A stretch of DNA of 64,000 bases from Longimicrobiales bacterium (GCA_965238005.1 OZ250165.1:1920001-1984000); one strand, 5' to 3'. Counted from the stretch's first letter, positions 20,404-30,573 are shown. Made by a program: numbers and translations. Notes: generated by a model not told the origin, from the letters alone.

Positions 20404-21478
20404 TCAGTCGCCCACGCCCCGCTCCACGCCCTCCACGTGGATCGTCTGAGTCGGGTACGCAAACTCGATTCCCTCCTCGGCGAAGCGCTTGAAGATCTCG
20501 AGATTGATGGAGTGGTGTGTGGCTCCGTAGGTCGCGAAGTCCGGGACCTGCATGTGGTACACGATATCGATTGTTCAGCGCCGAGTCGCCGAAGGTCATG
20601 AAGAAGCACCGATCGAAGAGGGTGTTCTCCCGGCTTTCGATGATTTCCTGGATCAAGCCCGGAATCCGCTCGAGCTGCTCGGGAGTGGTGTCGTAGGTCA
20701 CCCCCAGAGTGAAGGCACAGCGTCGCTTCTCCCGGCGCTGGAAGTTCTGGATCCGGCTCCCGAGCAGGTCCGAGTTCGAGAAGACGAGCTGCTCGCCGGT
20801 GAGCGACTTGAGCCGGGTGGTCTTGAGGCCGACGTGCTCTACCGTGCCGACCAGGGTACCGACTTGGATGGAGTCGCCCACCGCGAAGGGCTTGTCGAAG
20901 ATGATGGAGAACGACGCGAAGAGATCGGACAGCGTGCCCTGAAGCGCCAACCCCAAGGCCAGGCCGCCGATGCCCAACGACGCCACGAGAGGACCGACGT
21001 CGATGCCCAGGTTGTCCAGGGCCAGCATGATGAAGGTCGCCCAGACCCCGAAGCGGATGAGAAAGCCCACCGAGTCCATGGCCGTGGTGATGGTCGGGTC
21101 GCCCTCGAACTTCCTCGCTGCCCAGCTCCCGAGGAGGTAGTTGACGACGCCGTTGGCCCAGAACGCTCCCTGGATGAGGAAGCCGACAACGAGGAGGCGC
21201 GTGAAGATCGAATCGATTTCGGGTGCAAGCTCGAGGGTGCGCGCCCCGGCGTAGACGGCGACCAGCGCCACGAACAGGCCCTTGGTCTTCTCCAGGAGCT
21301 CGGTGACGAGATCGTCGATGTCCGTCTCCGTCTGTGCAGCCAGGGCCTTCATCCGGCTCAACACGATGCGGAAAACGATCCGGACGGCGGCCCACACGAC
21401 TGCCGCGACCACCAGCGCGATGATCCAATCGAGGGCCGTGTTGCCCAGGAACAACGACCTGCTCAGGAAATCCTGTAT
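20404..21478 (-). pseudogene. mscS: MscS mechanosensitive channel with +1 frameshift at ~20572 and ATA at the expected start
   Basis: LGIGGLALGLALQ, DKPFAVGD, GLKTTRL; the C-terminus IEFAYPTQTIHV lies in another frame. Confidence 0.8.
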
Positions 21479-21589
21479 GACGTCTCCAGCGATGCGTGAA
21501 ACCGAACACGGATTTGGGCGGATGCCCAGGAAAACTGTCGGTGATGAAGCGGGGGAGCAACCGTAACAGGGATGATCCCCACGCAAAGG

Positions 21590-21618
21590 TTGACACGCCC
21601 TGGAGGCTTATCTATCAT
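21590..21618 (+). promoter_or_regulatory. Sigma70-type promoter upstream of glnA
   Basis: TTGACA-N17-TATCAT. Confidence 0.75.
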
Positions 21619-21692
21619 CGCACGTGCCGCATATGATTTTACCGTCGGTAGAGGCCCCATGAGGGCCGTCGACCCTCGGTCGGAATTCTCCG

Positions 21693-21731
21693 ACCAGGCC
21701 GTGGAGGAGGTGTCTCCTCCGGCCTGGTTTT
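21693..21731 (+). terminator. Terminator-like hairpin within the glnA 5' leader
   Basis: ACCAGGCC..GGAGGA / TCCTCC GGCCTGGT followed by TTT(T)CGCTTTT. Confidence 0.5.
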
Positions 21732-21801
21732 CGCTTTTAGGTGAGCCGAGCCCCGTGCGTTCCACCCCCTTCCACACCCAGCACCTAGAGGAGTTGTGCC
21801 C

Positions 21802-23220
21802 ATGAGCCTCGATTCCCTCGTGTATGACGTCGAAGCGTTTCGTGAAGAGATGGAGGACTACGTCGACGAGCTGGACTCCCGAGACGGGCTGTCGCTGAGC
21901 ACGTCCGAGGACGTTCTCAACTACGTCGAGGAGTACGGAATCTCGTCGATCCGCATTTGGTTCACCGACATGATCGGATTCCTCAAGTCGTTCTCCATCA
22001 CACCCAAGGAGCTCAAGGGAGCTTTCGACGAGGGGATGGGCTTCGACGGTTCGTCCATCGAGGGTTATCGGCGCATCCAGAAGAGCGACATGGTGGCGCT
22101 GCCCATCGCCTCCACGGCCCAGGCGCTCCCTTTCCGGCCCGGCGGCTCGCGCTCGATCCGCATGTTCGCCGAGATCCGAACTCCGGACGGGAGCCCGTAT
22201 ATTTCGGATCCCCGGGTCATTCTCTCGCAGACCCTCCAGCGTCTGAACGATCACGGCTTCTCGCACATGAACATCGGACCCGAGGCCGAGTTCTTCTACT
22301 TCAAGGACGAGACGGGTCCGACGCTGCTGGACAACGCAGGGTACTTCGACAACCATCCCGTGGACGTGGGAGACGACCTTCGAGAGGCCACGGTCTTCGC
22401 CCTGGAGGCCATGGGCGTGCCCGTCGAGTATCACCACTCAGAGGTCGGGCCGTCGCAGCACGAGATCGACATCCGCTATCAGGAGGCGTTGCGGATGGCC
22501 GACAACCTCCAGACCTACAAGTATCTGGTGAAGGAGGTCGCCCGGCGCTGCGGAGTGTTCGCCACGTTCATGCCCAAGCCCATCGCCGACGAGAACGGCA
22601 GCGGCATGCACGTGCACTTGTCGATCTTCAGGGATCAGTCCACCAACGCGTTCTACGACAAGAGCGACCCGCATCACCTGAGCGCCACGGCCAAGCACTT
22701 CATCGCCGGCGTCCTGGACCACGCCAGGGAGATCGCGCTCATCACGAACCAGATGCACAACTCGTACAAGCGCCTGGTGCCCGGCTACGAAGCTCCCGTC
22801 TACATCGCCTGGGCCGAGGCGAACCGGTCCGCCGCCGTGCGGATCCCGCTCTACAAGCCAGGTAAGGAAGTAGCCACCCGGATGGAGCTGCGCTTCCCGG
22901 ATGCGACCTGTAACCCCTACCTGGCGTTCAGTGTCATGCTTTCCGCCGGGTTTGACGGGTTAGACAAAGAGATGGCGTGTCCGGAGCCCATGACGATGGA
23001 CCTCTACAGCCTAACCACGGTCGAGCGGGAAGAGATGGATATCGCCGCCCTTCCCCACGACCTGTTCGAGGCCGTCCACGTGGCCGAACACAGCGAGTTT
23101 CTGAAGACCGCCCTCGGCGCCGATGTCCACAAGAAGCTGATGGAGACCAAGCTTGTCGAGGCCGACAAGTTCAGGCTGCACGTCTCGGAGATGGACCTCA
23201 GGGAGCACCTGAAGCTCTGA
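21802..23220 (+). CDS. glnA: Glutamine synthetase type I
   Basis: FDGSSIEG, GPEAEFF, HHSEV, FMPKP, NGSGMHVH, NSYKRLVPGYEAP, ELRFPD; GAGGAG RBS. Confidence 0.95.
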   Translation: MSLDSLVYDVEAFREEMEDYVDELDSRDGLSLSTSEDVLNYVEEYGISSIRIWFTDMIGFLKSFSITPKELKGAFDEGMGFDGSSIEGYRRIQKSDMVALPIASTAQALPFRPGGSRSIRMFAEIRTPDGSPYISDPRVILSQTLQRLNDHGFSHMNIGPEAEFFYFKDETGPTLLDNAGYFDNHPVDVGDDLREATVFALEAMGVPVEYHHSEVGPSQHEIDIRYQEALRMADNLQTYKYLVKEVARRCGVFATFMPKPIADENGSGMHVHLSIFRDQSTNAFYDKSDPHHLSATAKHFIAGVLDHAREIALITNQMHNSYKRLVPGYEAPVYIAWAEANRSAAVRIPLYKPGKEVATRMELRFPDATCNPYLAFSVMLSAGFDGLDKEMACPEPMTMDLYSLTTVEREEMDIAALPHDLFEAVHVAEHSEFLKTALGADVHKKLMETKLVEADKFRLHVSEMDLREHLKL

Positions 23221-23787
23221 TCAGACCGCCCTCGTGACGGAATCCTCGGCCGGCGCGGCCGGGTCCTCTGGGTGAGATGACGAGTCGCCAGCCGACACCG
23301 CAGTGGACCCATCCCTCCTCTCCTCCCGCCAGAACGAGATGGCGAGTAGGACGGCGCCGCACGAGATCGCCATGTCCGCGACGTTGAAGATCGGCCAGAG
23401 CATGACGCCGAGATCGATGGGTCCGATGAAGTCGACGACACCCCGATCCCACCGGAGCCGATCGTAGAGATTCCCCAAGGCTCCTGAGATGACCAGCGAG
23501 ACGGAAACGAACCGAAGGCGATCCTGTGGACCCGCCTGCCTCAGCAGGACGAGAAGCAGAATCAGCGCCAGAATCGTAATGGGTATGAAGAACCAGCGGG
23601 GATCGTTGCCCAAGGAGAGTCCGAAGGCCGCACCCCGATTGAATGCGAGGGTCAGGGGGACGTAGCCGAAGAACAGCTCCATCCGTCGGCCACCGTCCAA
23701 GGCGGCAAGAGCCCAGTTTTTCGTGATCAGGTCCAGCACGATCACGATCGGGAAGATCCCGAGGAAAACGAGTAGTTTCTGTTTCAC
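23221..23787 (-). CDS. lspA: Lipoprotein signal peptidase II
   Basis: DLITK, NRGAAFG, GALGNLYDRL, VVDFI, FNVAD. Confidence 0.95.
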   Translation of the reverse strand: MKQKLLVFLGIFPIVIVLDLITKNWALAALDGGRRMELFFGYVPLTLAFNRGAAFGLSLGNDPRWFFIPITILALILLLVLLRQAGPQDRLRFVSVSLVISGALGNLYDRLRWDRGVVDFIGPIDLGVMLWPIFNVADMAISCGAVLLAISFWREERRDGSTAVSAGDSSSHPEDPAAPAEDSVTRAV

Positions 23788-23964
23788 GAGCCTTCGATTG
23801 CAGTGGAAATCCCGGATTTGAGGCCCCCGAATCTCGCGGCGAGCCTCATCGCACGCCAGAGGGGTGCAACGCGGTCCTCGACGTGAGAGGCACGGGGTAC
23901 ATCTTTAACGGGAGGGACGCTCGACACGTCTAGGTATCAGAAGCGACCCTATCGGGAGTCGGCC

Positions 23965-25719
23965 ATGAGCGCACTCGCACGAGCCTCGCTCTACATCGCA
24001 GTTCTTCTACTCCCTGGCCTGGCCAGGGCTCCGCTGGCGTACGCCCAGGAAGCCGAAGGCGCGGACCGGGCCCGGGCCGTCCATCTCCTGCAGAGAGCCA
24101 CCTACGGGCCTCGACCGCAGGATATCGACGCGGTGCTCTCGGCCGGGATCACCGACTGGTTGGATCGGCAGCTCCACCCCGAGCGCATCGACGACTCGGA
24201 GCTCGAGCCTCTGCTGACCGGGGCTCCCGTGGCATCCATGAGCCTTGCCGAGCTCCTGAAGCAGTACCCTCCTGGTCGGGTGCTCCAGCCCCTTCGAGAG
24301 CTCGTCCAGGACGACTCGCTCTCCAGGGGTGAGCGGCGCAGGCTTCGTCGCGAACTGGGGGAGCACAGCCCGAGACGCATCCTCGCCGACCTGGCCACCG
24401 CCCGCCTCACGAGGGCCGTCCACTCGGAGCGACAGCTCCAGGAGATGATGACGGCGTTCTGGTTCGACCACTTCAACGTGTTCTGGGGCAAAGGCGCCAC
24501 CCGTTGGCTGGTCCCCGATTACGAGCAACACGCCATTCGGCCCCACGTGCTCGGAAGGTTCGAGGACATGGTTCTGGCTACGGCCCAGCATCCCGCCATG
24601 CTCTTCTACCTCGACAACTTCCAGAGCGTCGCGCCCGACAGCTCGCTTCAGGCCCGGGAGAGGCGCGAAGTCATGGCCCGGCGCATGGGCAGGATGCCGG
24701 CGCGGGGCCGGGAGCGCATGAGGCAGCGTATGGAGGAGGAGCGGCGCCGGCCCCGGCCCGGCCTCAACGAGAACTACGCCCGTGAGCTCTTGGAGCTCCA
24801 TACGCTCGGTGTGGACGGAGGCTATACCCAGGCGGACGTCATCGACGTCGCCCGCATCCTCACGGGCTGGACCTTCCTACAGGCCGGGAACCGTATGGAC
24901 ATGCGTCAGGCCCGGGCGTCCTACGAGGACGGGCGCCTCGTGCTGCCCGACCTCGACTATGGGGAGGCGTACCGTTTCCGGTTCCGCTCCGAGCTCCATG
25001 ACAGCGGCGAGAAGACCGTCATGGGGCATGTCTTCGAGGCGGGCGGCGGCCAGGAGGAGGGTGTCGAGCTGATTCGCATGCTCGCCCGCCACCCATCCAC
25101 GGCCCGGCACGTCGCGACCCAGCTGGTCACCCGCTTCGTGGCGGACGAGCCGCCCACCGCCCTGGTGGACCACCTCGCCGACGTCTTCCTGGACACCGAC
25201 GGTGATCTGCGCGAGGTGACGAGGGCGCTGTTCACGGCCGACGAGTTCTACGATCCGTCTGTCGTGGCCAACCGCGTGAAGTCCCCGTTCCTTCTGGTGA
25301 CCAGCACGCTGCGGATGACCCGCGGCCACATGCCCAATGCACGGGTCCTGGTGGAGCCACTTCGCTCCCTCGGTGAGGCGCCCTATCTGGCCGAGCCCCC
25401 CACTGGATACCCGGAGACGAGCGCCCAGTGGGCCTCGAGCGGAGCCATGCTGACCCGCATGAACTTCGCCACCTCCTACGTGACCGGCGAGCTGCGGGGG
25501 GTGGGGCCCGACGGCGATCGCCTCTTCGGAGAGATCCGCAAACGGGGCGGTGACGGTCTTCCCGGCCTCGTGGACGCACTTCTTCCGGGCACCGACTCGT
25601 CGGAGCTCATGGCCGTCATCCAGGAGGACCTCCAGGCGAATCCTCCTGAGGAGGAGAACCAGGGCGGTGTCCGAGCCCTGAGCTTGATCCTGGGCTCACC
25701 TGAATTCCAGAGGCACTGA
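23965..25719 (+). CDS. DUF1800 family protein
   Basis: FWFDHFNV, HPAMLFYLDN, NENYARELLELHTLG, SPEFQRH. Confidence 0.9.
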   Translation: MSALARASLYIAVLLLPGLARAPLAYAQEAEGADRARAVHLLQRATYGPRPQDIDAVLSAGITDWLDRQLHPERIDDSELEPLLTGAPVASMSLAELLKQYPPGRVLQPLRELVQDDSLSRGERRRLRRELGEHSPRRILADLATARLTRAVHSERQLQEMMTAFWFDHFNVFWGKGATRWLVPDYEQHAIRPHVLGRFEDMVLATAQHPAMLFYLDNFQSVAPDSSLQARERREVMARRMGRMPARGRERMRQRMEEERRRPRPGLNENYARELLELHTLGVDGGYTQADVIDVARILTGWTFLQAGNRMDMRQARASYEDGRLVLPDLDYGEAYRFRFRSELHDSGEKTVMGHVFEAGGGQEEGVELIRMLARHPSTARHVATQLVTRFVADEPPTALVDHLADVFLDTDGDLREVTRALFTADEFYDPSVVANRVKSPFLLVTSTLRMTRGHMPNARVLVEPLRSLGEAPYLAEPPTGYPETSAQWASSGAMLTRMNFATSYVTGELRGVGPDGDRLFGEIRKRGGDGLPGLVDALLPGTDSSELMAVIQEDLQANPPEEENQGGVRALSLILGSPEFQRH

Positions 25720-27041
25720 TGAACGGCATCGGGAGACGAGTCTTCGTCAAACAGGGCGCTCTGGCCCTCCTGGCTCTTGGGCTACCGCCCGACTTCCTGC
25801 TCCAGCCGTTGGTCGCTGGCACACTGGGCCTGGACCGCAAGAAGACGCTCATCTGCATCTTCCAGCGAGGGGCCGTAGACGGGCTGTCCATGGTGGTCCC
25901 CTTCGGAGAGCCCGGGTACTACGACTCCCGCCGCAGCATCGCGATCCAGGCTCCCGGATCGCGGGAGGGGAGCGCTCTCGATCTGGACGGCTTCTTCGGG
26001 CTGCACCCGGCCCTGAAGCCCCTCGAGGAGCTCTACGGCCGTAGCGAGATGGCCGTCGTCCACGCCGTGGGATCACCCCACCCGACCCGTTCCCACTTCG
26101 ACGCCCAGGACTTCATGGAGACCGGGACGCCCGGCGTGAAGTCCACGAGCGACGGCTGGCTCAATCGTGTGCTGCAGGACACCGCGTGCGCCCAGTGCGA
26201 AGGCCGCACCCTCCAGAACCCCGCAGCCCACGCGGCGGACCACGCCGCCGGCCAGGTGGCCATGGCCACGGTCCCGTCCCTGAGGGGAGTCTCGCTGACC
26301 AGTGCCCTGCCCCGGGCGCTGCGGGGCGGTCATCCGGCCCTCGCCATTTCGAACCTGAGCGACTTCGGAGTGCGCCGTGACGATCAGGTGGGATCGGCCT
26401 TCCGGCGCCTCTATCGCACCGAGGGAGGAGACGCCGTCTCGGCCGCGGCCGAGGAGGCGTTCGAGGCGGTTCGCGTCTTGGAGACCATCGATCCCGGTCG
26501 CTACGAGCCGTCGGGTGGAGCCGAGTACCCGAACAGAGACTTCGGCCGGTCTCTCCGGCAGATCGCCCAGCTCGTGAAGGCCGACGTGGGCGTGGAGATC
26601 GCCTTCGCGGACCTCGGTGGATGGGATACGCACGTACGGCAGGGCGGCGTGCAGGGGCAGCTGGCCGGCCGCCTCGTGCAGCTGAGCCAGGGAATCCGGG
26701 CTCTGTACGACGACCTGGGCGATCGCATGGAGGACGTCGTGATCCTGACCATGTCCGAGTTCGGACGCACCGTGGCGGAGAACGGCTCGGGCGGGACGGA
26801 TCACGGGCACGCTAACTGCATTCTGGCTCTCGGCGGATCCGTGAAAGGCGGTCGCATCCTAGGTGACTGGCCGGGTCTCGAGCGCGAGCAGCTCTACGAA
26901 GGTCGTGACCTGGCCGTCACCACGGACTTCCGGGACGTGTTCGCAGAAGTGGTCTCGGGTCACCTGGGTGCCGAGCACCTGGATCGGATCTTCCCCGGGT
27001 ACGGCGGTGATCCCGCACGCTACCGCGGGGTGCTGGGGTAG
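25719..27041 (+). CDS. DUF1501 family protein (Tat-like leader)
   Basis: RRVFVK, FQRGAVDGLS, RSHFDAQ, GWDTH, SEFGRT, GTDHG. Confidence 0.9.
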   Translation: MNGIGRRVFVKQGALALLALGLPPDFLLQPLVAGTLGLDRKKTLICIFQRGAVDGLSMVVPFGEPGYYDSRRSIAIQAPGSREGSALDLDGFFGLHPALKPLEELYGRSEMAVVHAVGSPHPTRSHFDAQDFMETGTPGVKSTSDGWLNRVLQDTACAQCEGRTLQNPAAHAADHAAGQVAMATVPSLRGVSLTSALPRALRGGHPALAISNLSDFGVRRDDQVGSAFRRLYRTEGGDAVSAAAEEAFEAVRVLETIDPGRYEPSGGAEYPNRDFGRSLRQIAQLVKADVGVEIAFADLGGWDTHVRQGGVQGQLAGRLVQLSQGIRALYDDLGDRMEDVVILTMSEFGRTVAENGSGGTDHGHANCILALGGSVKGGRILGDWPGLEREQLYEGRDLAVTTDFRDVFAEVVSGHLGAEHLDRIFPGYGGDPARYRGVLG

Positions 27042-27121
27042 ACGCGTCTGGCGGTCCTACCGGGTCGAGCGCAGCTTATCCGGATGGAGGCGTCACATCC
27101 GGCCCAACAGGAGAGACCGCC

Positions 27122-27651
27122 ATGTCGTCGCGCCCATGGAGCGTCGCCCCCGTCACAGTTCTGGCCCTGTGCGCCCTCGCTGTCGGTCCCGCTCCCGCAT
27201 GGGGCCAGAGCTTGGAGCCGAGAGCCACAGAGCGTCCCTGGCCTCCTGTGGCGACCTTCTCGATCCTCGGCTACGACTCGGCCACCGGAGAGGTCGGCGT
27301 AGCGGTCCAATCGCGCGTCTTCTCGGTGGGCAACGGCGTGATCTGGGGAGAGGCTGGGGCAGGCGTCGTGGCGACGCAGGCCATCGTGGACGTGAGCTAC
27401 GGTCCCCAGGCCCTGGAGCTACTGAGACAGGGCCTCTCCCCCGCCCAAGTCGTGGAGCGCGTCCTCGAGAACGATCCCGACCCACGACCGGACCGCTGGA
27501 CCAAATGCTCATCGTCAAGGAGGACGGAGGCGTGTGGCTGAACAACGACGTGGTGCTCCGGCTCCACGTCGACGATCATGTCGAGCCGATCCAGGAGCTT
27601 CGGAGGCTCGTCGAGTTGGCGGCGGCCCGGCGGGAGCGGCGGCGGCGGTAG
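27122..27651 (+). pseudogene. DUF1028 (Ntn-hydrolase-like) protein with internal deletion at ~27504
   Basis: TFSILGYD...VAVQSR...VATQA N-part is joined out of frame to C-terminal LRLHVDDHVEPIQELRRL. Confidence 0.8.
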
Positions 27652-27751
27652 GCTGGGGGCTACCGCTCCTCGTCATCGTTCCGTGGATTGGCCGCGTCAA
27701 CCAGCCCCTCCCGGTGCGCCGCCATCACTACATACTCAGCCACCGGACTCC

Positions 27752-27806
27752 TCGTACGTATACTCACGATATAAAGATACGTACACCTCTCGAAGAGCAA
27801 CTCGGC
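27752..27806 (-). repeat. 55-bp AT-rich dispersed repeat, copy 2
   Basis: 52/55 identical to 1321-1375. Confidence 0.85.
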
Positions 27807-27808
27807 GG

Positions 27809-27990
27809 CTAGGGTCCCGCCTGCCTGGGCTGCGCCATCTCGCGGATCCGCTGGGAGGGGTCGTCCTTGTGCTCGGACAGAATGGCCACCGCCCTGGGCG
27901 TGGCAATCTGGTAGAGGCCCACCGCGGCCACCGCGCGTACCTCCTCGTCCCAGTGGTAGCCCAGGAACCCCAGCTTCTTCTTGGACAGGA
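27809..27990 (-). pseudogene. HEAT-repeat protein C-terminal fragment
   Basis: DEEVRAVAAVGLYQIATPRAV...DPSQRIREMA; no start codon, abuts the cupin fragment. Confidence 0.5.
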
Positions 27991-28295
27991 TTCCCCAGTT
28001 CGAGAACGAGCACGTACAGGTCTGGAAAAGCGTCATCGTTCCGAACCAACCGCTCACCATGCACAGGCACGACAACCCGCGGGCGATCATCGCCCTCAAG
28101 GGTGGCACCCTGCGAGTCGTCAACGAAGCCGGGGAATCTCATGATATTGCGTGGGAGACCGGGAGTGCCTACTGGCTGGACGCCGACCCACCCGGAGAGC
28201 TTCACGGCGACGTGAACGAAGGTCCCGAGCCGGTCGAGGTGATCGTCGTCCAGCTGAAGGGAGTCGGAGGCGAAAACACCACAGGCGGCCGTTGA
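27981..28295 (+). pseudogene. Cupin-domain protein lacking its N-terminus
   Basis: FENEHVQVW, MHRH, LHGDVN, EVIVVQLK. Confidence 0.6.
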
Positions 28296-28362
28296 TTGGA
28301 TCGAACCGCGGCGAGAGAATTGCGAGGTTGAAGGCGAACGTGGGGAGTGCTTCGGCTTCTTC

Positions 28363-28743
28363 TCAGAGCTTGTCGTGCTCCTCCGGAAGGACGTCCGATG
28401 GGGGTGGTCCTTTGGAGTCATCATCCGGCCTAGCACCGTCCTCGGTGCCGCCGGTGCCGGGCGGGTCGCCGTGGTAGATGTAACCGGAGGGCGCACCGTC
28501 GCCCATGAGCCGGCCCGCAAGGGGCGGCACGATACTCCATGCCATCGCCACGCTGAGAACCCAGCCGGTGGACGTCCATCCCCAGAACGGGAAGAGGGCG
28601 CCTCCGACCAGGAGGATCAGCGTGACCCATCCGAAGTGGATGAAGGTCGAGTCCCGGCCTTCGAGCCACTGGCTTACGCCGTTCAGTATGATCGCCCCGA
28701 CGAGCAGAACGACCAGCGCGCCAATCCAACTCAGAATCGCCAT
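28363..28743 (-). CDS. Small membrane protein
   Basis: ATG with GGGAGGG RBS; three hydrophobic segments. Confidence 0.55.
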   Translation of the reverse strand: MAILSWIGALVVLLVGAIILNGVSQWLEGRDSTFIHFGWVTLILLVGGALFPFWGWTSTGWVLSVAMAWSIVPPLAGRLMGDGAPSGYIYHGDPPGTGGTEDGARPDDDSKGPPPSDVLPEEHDKL

Positions 28744-29000
28744 CTGACCCTCCCATCTTTGAGCCACCCGAGAGCCCTGGACGGATAGGAAATGCAACCG
28801 ACGTACCGGGGCGGAACGGTAGGTCGGGGCGTGGCAGACGACAACGCTATACGTCCTCGGGCTTTGCCCGAATCCGCACGGGTTCGCCTCCCGCCGCTTT
28901 GGTGTTTTACTAGGTGCATGTGTGTGCGGGGTGTGTGAGCCGGTCCCGGTCCGTGATATCAGATTCGGGATACTTCATACCCATGCATATTCGGGAAGCT

Positions 29001-29051
29001 TGGGGGTCGGCGGTGAGATTTGCTCCGGCGACCTCCTGCTCCCAAAGCAGG
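29001..29051 (-). pseudogene. Degenerate 3' half of tRNA-Pro(TGG), possible att remnant
   Basis: Minus strand CCTGC-TTTGGGA-GCAGG anticodon arm, AGGTC, GCCGG, decayed T-loop (AGCAAAT), ...CCGACC. Confidence 0.6.
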
Positions 29052-29156
29052 AATCGCGAACTGGGTTCTCGTGAAAATGGCTTGAACATTGGACTTCCCT
29101 TCTCCGAACTCGGGACCTTAACGCAGATATCGCACGCGATTTTCACGGAGTTGCGG

Positions 29157-29252
29157 GTATTGTCAACTTGAGCCCGGCTCCCGCAGATTTGGTGATGACA
29201 ACGACTGCAGCCAATTATAGTGGCTACCGGTTTCCTGCTGAGATCATCGGTC
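29157..29252 (+). mobile_element. IS6-family left-end scrap
   Basis: GGTATTGTCAACTT end followed by MTTTAANYSGYRFPAEIIGH, the typical IS6 transposase start. Confidence 0.65.
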
Positions 29253-29395
29253 ACAGCGCGACCACATTCTTTTCTTTGAAGTACTCTTTTCGTTTGAGGA
29301 GACCCCCAACGGCGAGAGCCCCTGAACCTTCGACGACTAGACGATGCTGCTCGAACAGAAAGCGGATAGAATCTTCGATCTCTGTTTCGGTGAAC
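29253..29395 (-). pseudogene. C-terminal fragment of threonine dehydratase paralogous to 53868-54845
   Basis: TETEIEDSIRFLFEQHRLVVEGSGALAVGGLLKRKE is nearly identical to the intact copy. Confidence 0.8.
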
Positions 29396-29439
29396 AAGCT
29401 GCCGAGTTGCGCAGCCTCTGAACAGGGGGACAAATCATC

Positions 29440-30573
29440 GTGAGTGGCACTGTGACGTTTGAGGAAGCGCCGCCGGCGGGCACAATCAACCTGGGCATCG
29501 GCCAGCCTTCAGCCGACCTGTTGCCTGTCGACCTGCTTCGCCAAGCCAGCGAGTCGTTTTTCAGTGAAGCACAGCCGTTCGAGCTGAACTACGGTGTCTT
29601 GCCAGGCGACGAGCGTTTTCTGGAATCGCTGGCGGGATATCTGAGCGAAGGATACGACGCCACCGTCAGTCCGGAGTCGCTGTTTGTTACCGCAGGCAAC
29701 TCGCAGGCGTTGGATTTCGTATCGACGGTGTTTAGCAAATCGGGCGACACCGTGTTTGTTGAGGAGCCGAGCTACTTTCTGGCCTTTCAGATCTTTCGCG
29801 ACCACGGATTGAATGTGGTTGGCGTCCCGATCGATGACAACGGCATGCAAATCGATGCGCTTGAGGCACTGCTGAATGAACACAACCCGGCTTTTGTATA
29901 CATCATCCCCAGCTACCACAATCCGGGCGGACACTGCATGAGCACCGAGCGCCGTGCTCGCCTGATCGAACTCAGCCAACAGCATGGCTTTCTGATCGTC
30001 GCAGACGAGGTTTATCAGCTTCTTTACTACTATGACGAGCCGCCACCAGCATTGGGCACGATGATCGAGAGCGACACTATTCTGTCGCTCGGCTCATTCT
30101 CGAAAATTCTCGCCCCGGGGATGCGCCTTGGCTGGATACAGACCGGCCCCGGGTTGCGCAAGCGCCTCCTCGATAACGGCTTCATCAACAGTGGCGGCAG
30201 CATCAATCACTATTCCTCGCATATCGTCCGACACGCAATTGATCTCGGCCTGCAACGGGCACATGTTAGAGAGCTTAAACGCACTTATCGCAATCGCGTC
30301 GAGGCAATGCAGGACTCGCTGCAATCACAGTTCGGCGATCTGGCCACCTGGAAGCGACCTGACGGCGGCTACTTTTTCTGGCTGCGCTTTGACGATGACG
30401 TCGACACTGCGCCCTTTCGCGACAGGGCAAGGGAACTTCAGACAGGGTTTCAGCCCGGGTCCGTTTTTTCCAGCGACGGCAGGCTCAGCAACTTCCTGCG
30501 CCTGTCTTTTGCACATTACGACGAAGATGATATCCGCGATGGTATCGCACGAATGCGGTCAATGTTCGACTGA
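29440..30573 (+). CDS. PLP-dependent aminotransferase class I/II (MocR/LysN-like)
   Basis: EEPSY, PSYHNPGG, ADEVY, GSFSKILAPGMRLGW, LRLSF. Confidence 0.9.
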   Translation: MSGTVTFEEAPPAGTINLGIGQPSADLLPVDLLRQASESFFSEAQPFELNYGVLPGDERFLESLAGYLSEGYDATVSPESLFVTAGNSQALDFVSTVFSKSGDTVFVEEPSYFLAFQIFRDHGLNVVGVPIDDNGMQIDALEALLNEHNPAFVYIIPSYHNPGGHCMSTERRARLIELSQQHGFLIVADEVYQLLYYYDEPPPALGTMIESDTILSLGSFSKILAPGMRLGWIQTGPGLRKRLLDNGFINSGGSINHYSSHIVRHAIDLGLQRAHVRELKRTYRNRVEAMQDSLQSQFGDLATWKRPDGGYFFWLRFDDDVDTAPFRDRARELQTGFQPGSVFSSDGRLSNFLRLSFAHYDEDDIRDGIARMRSMFD

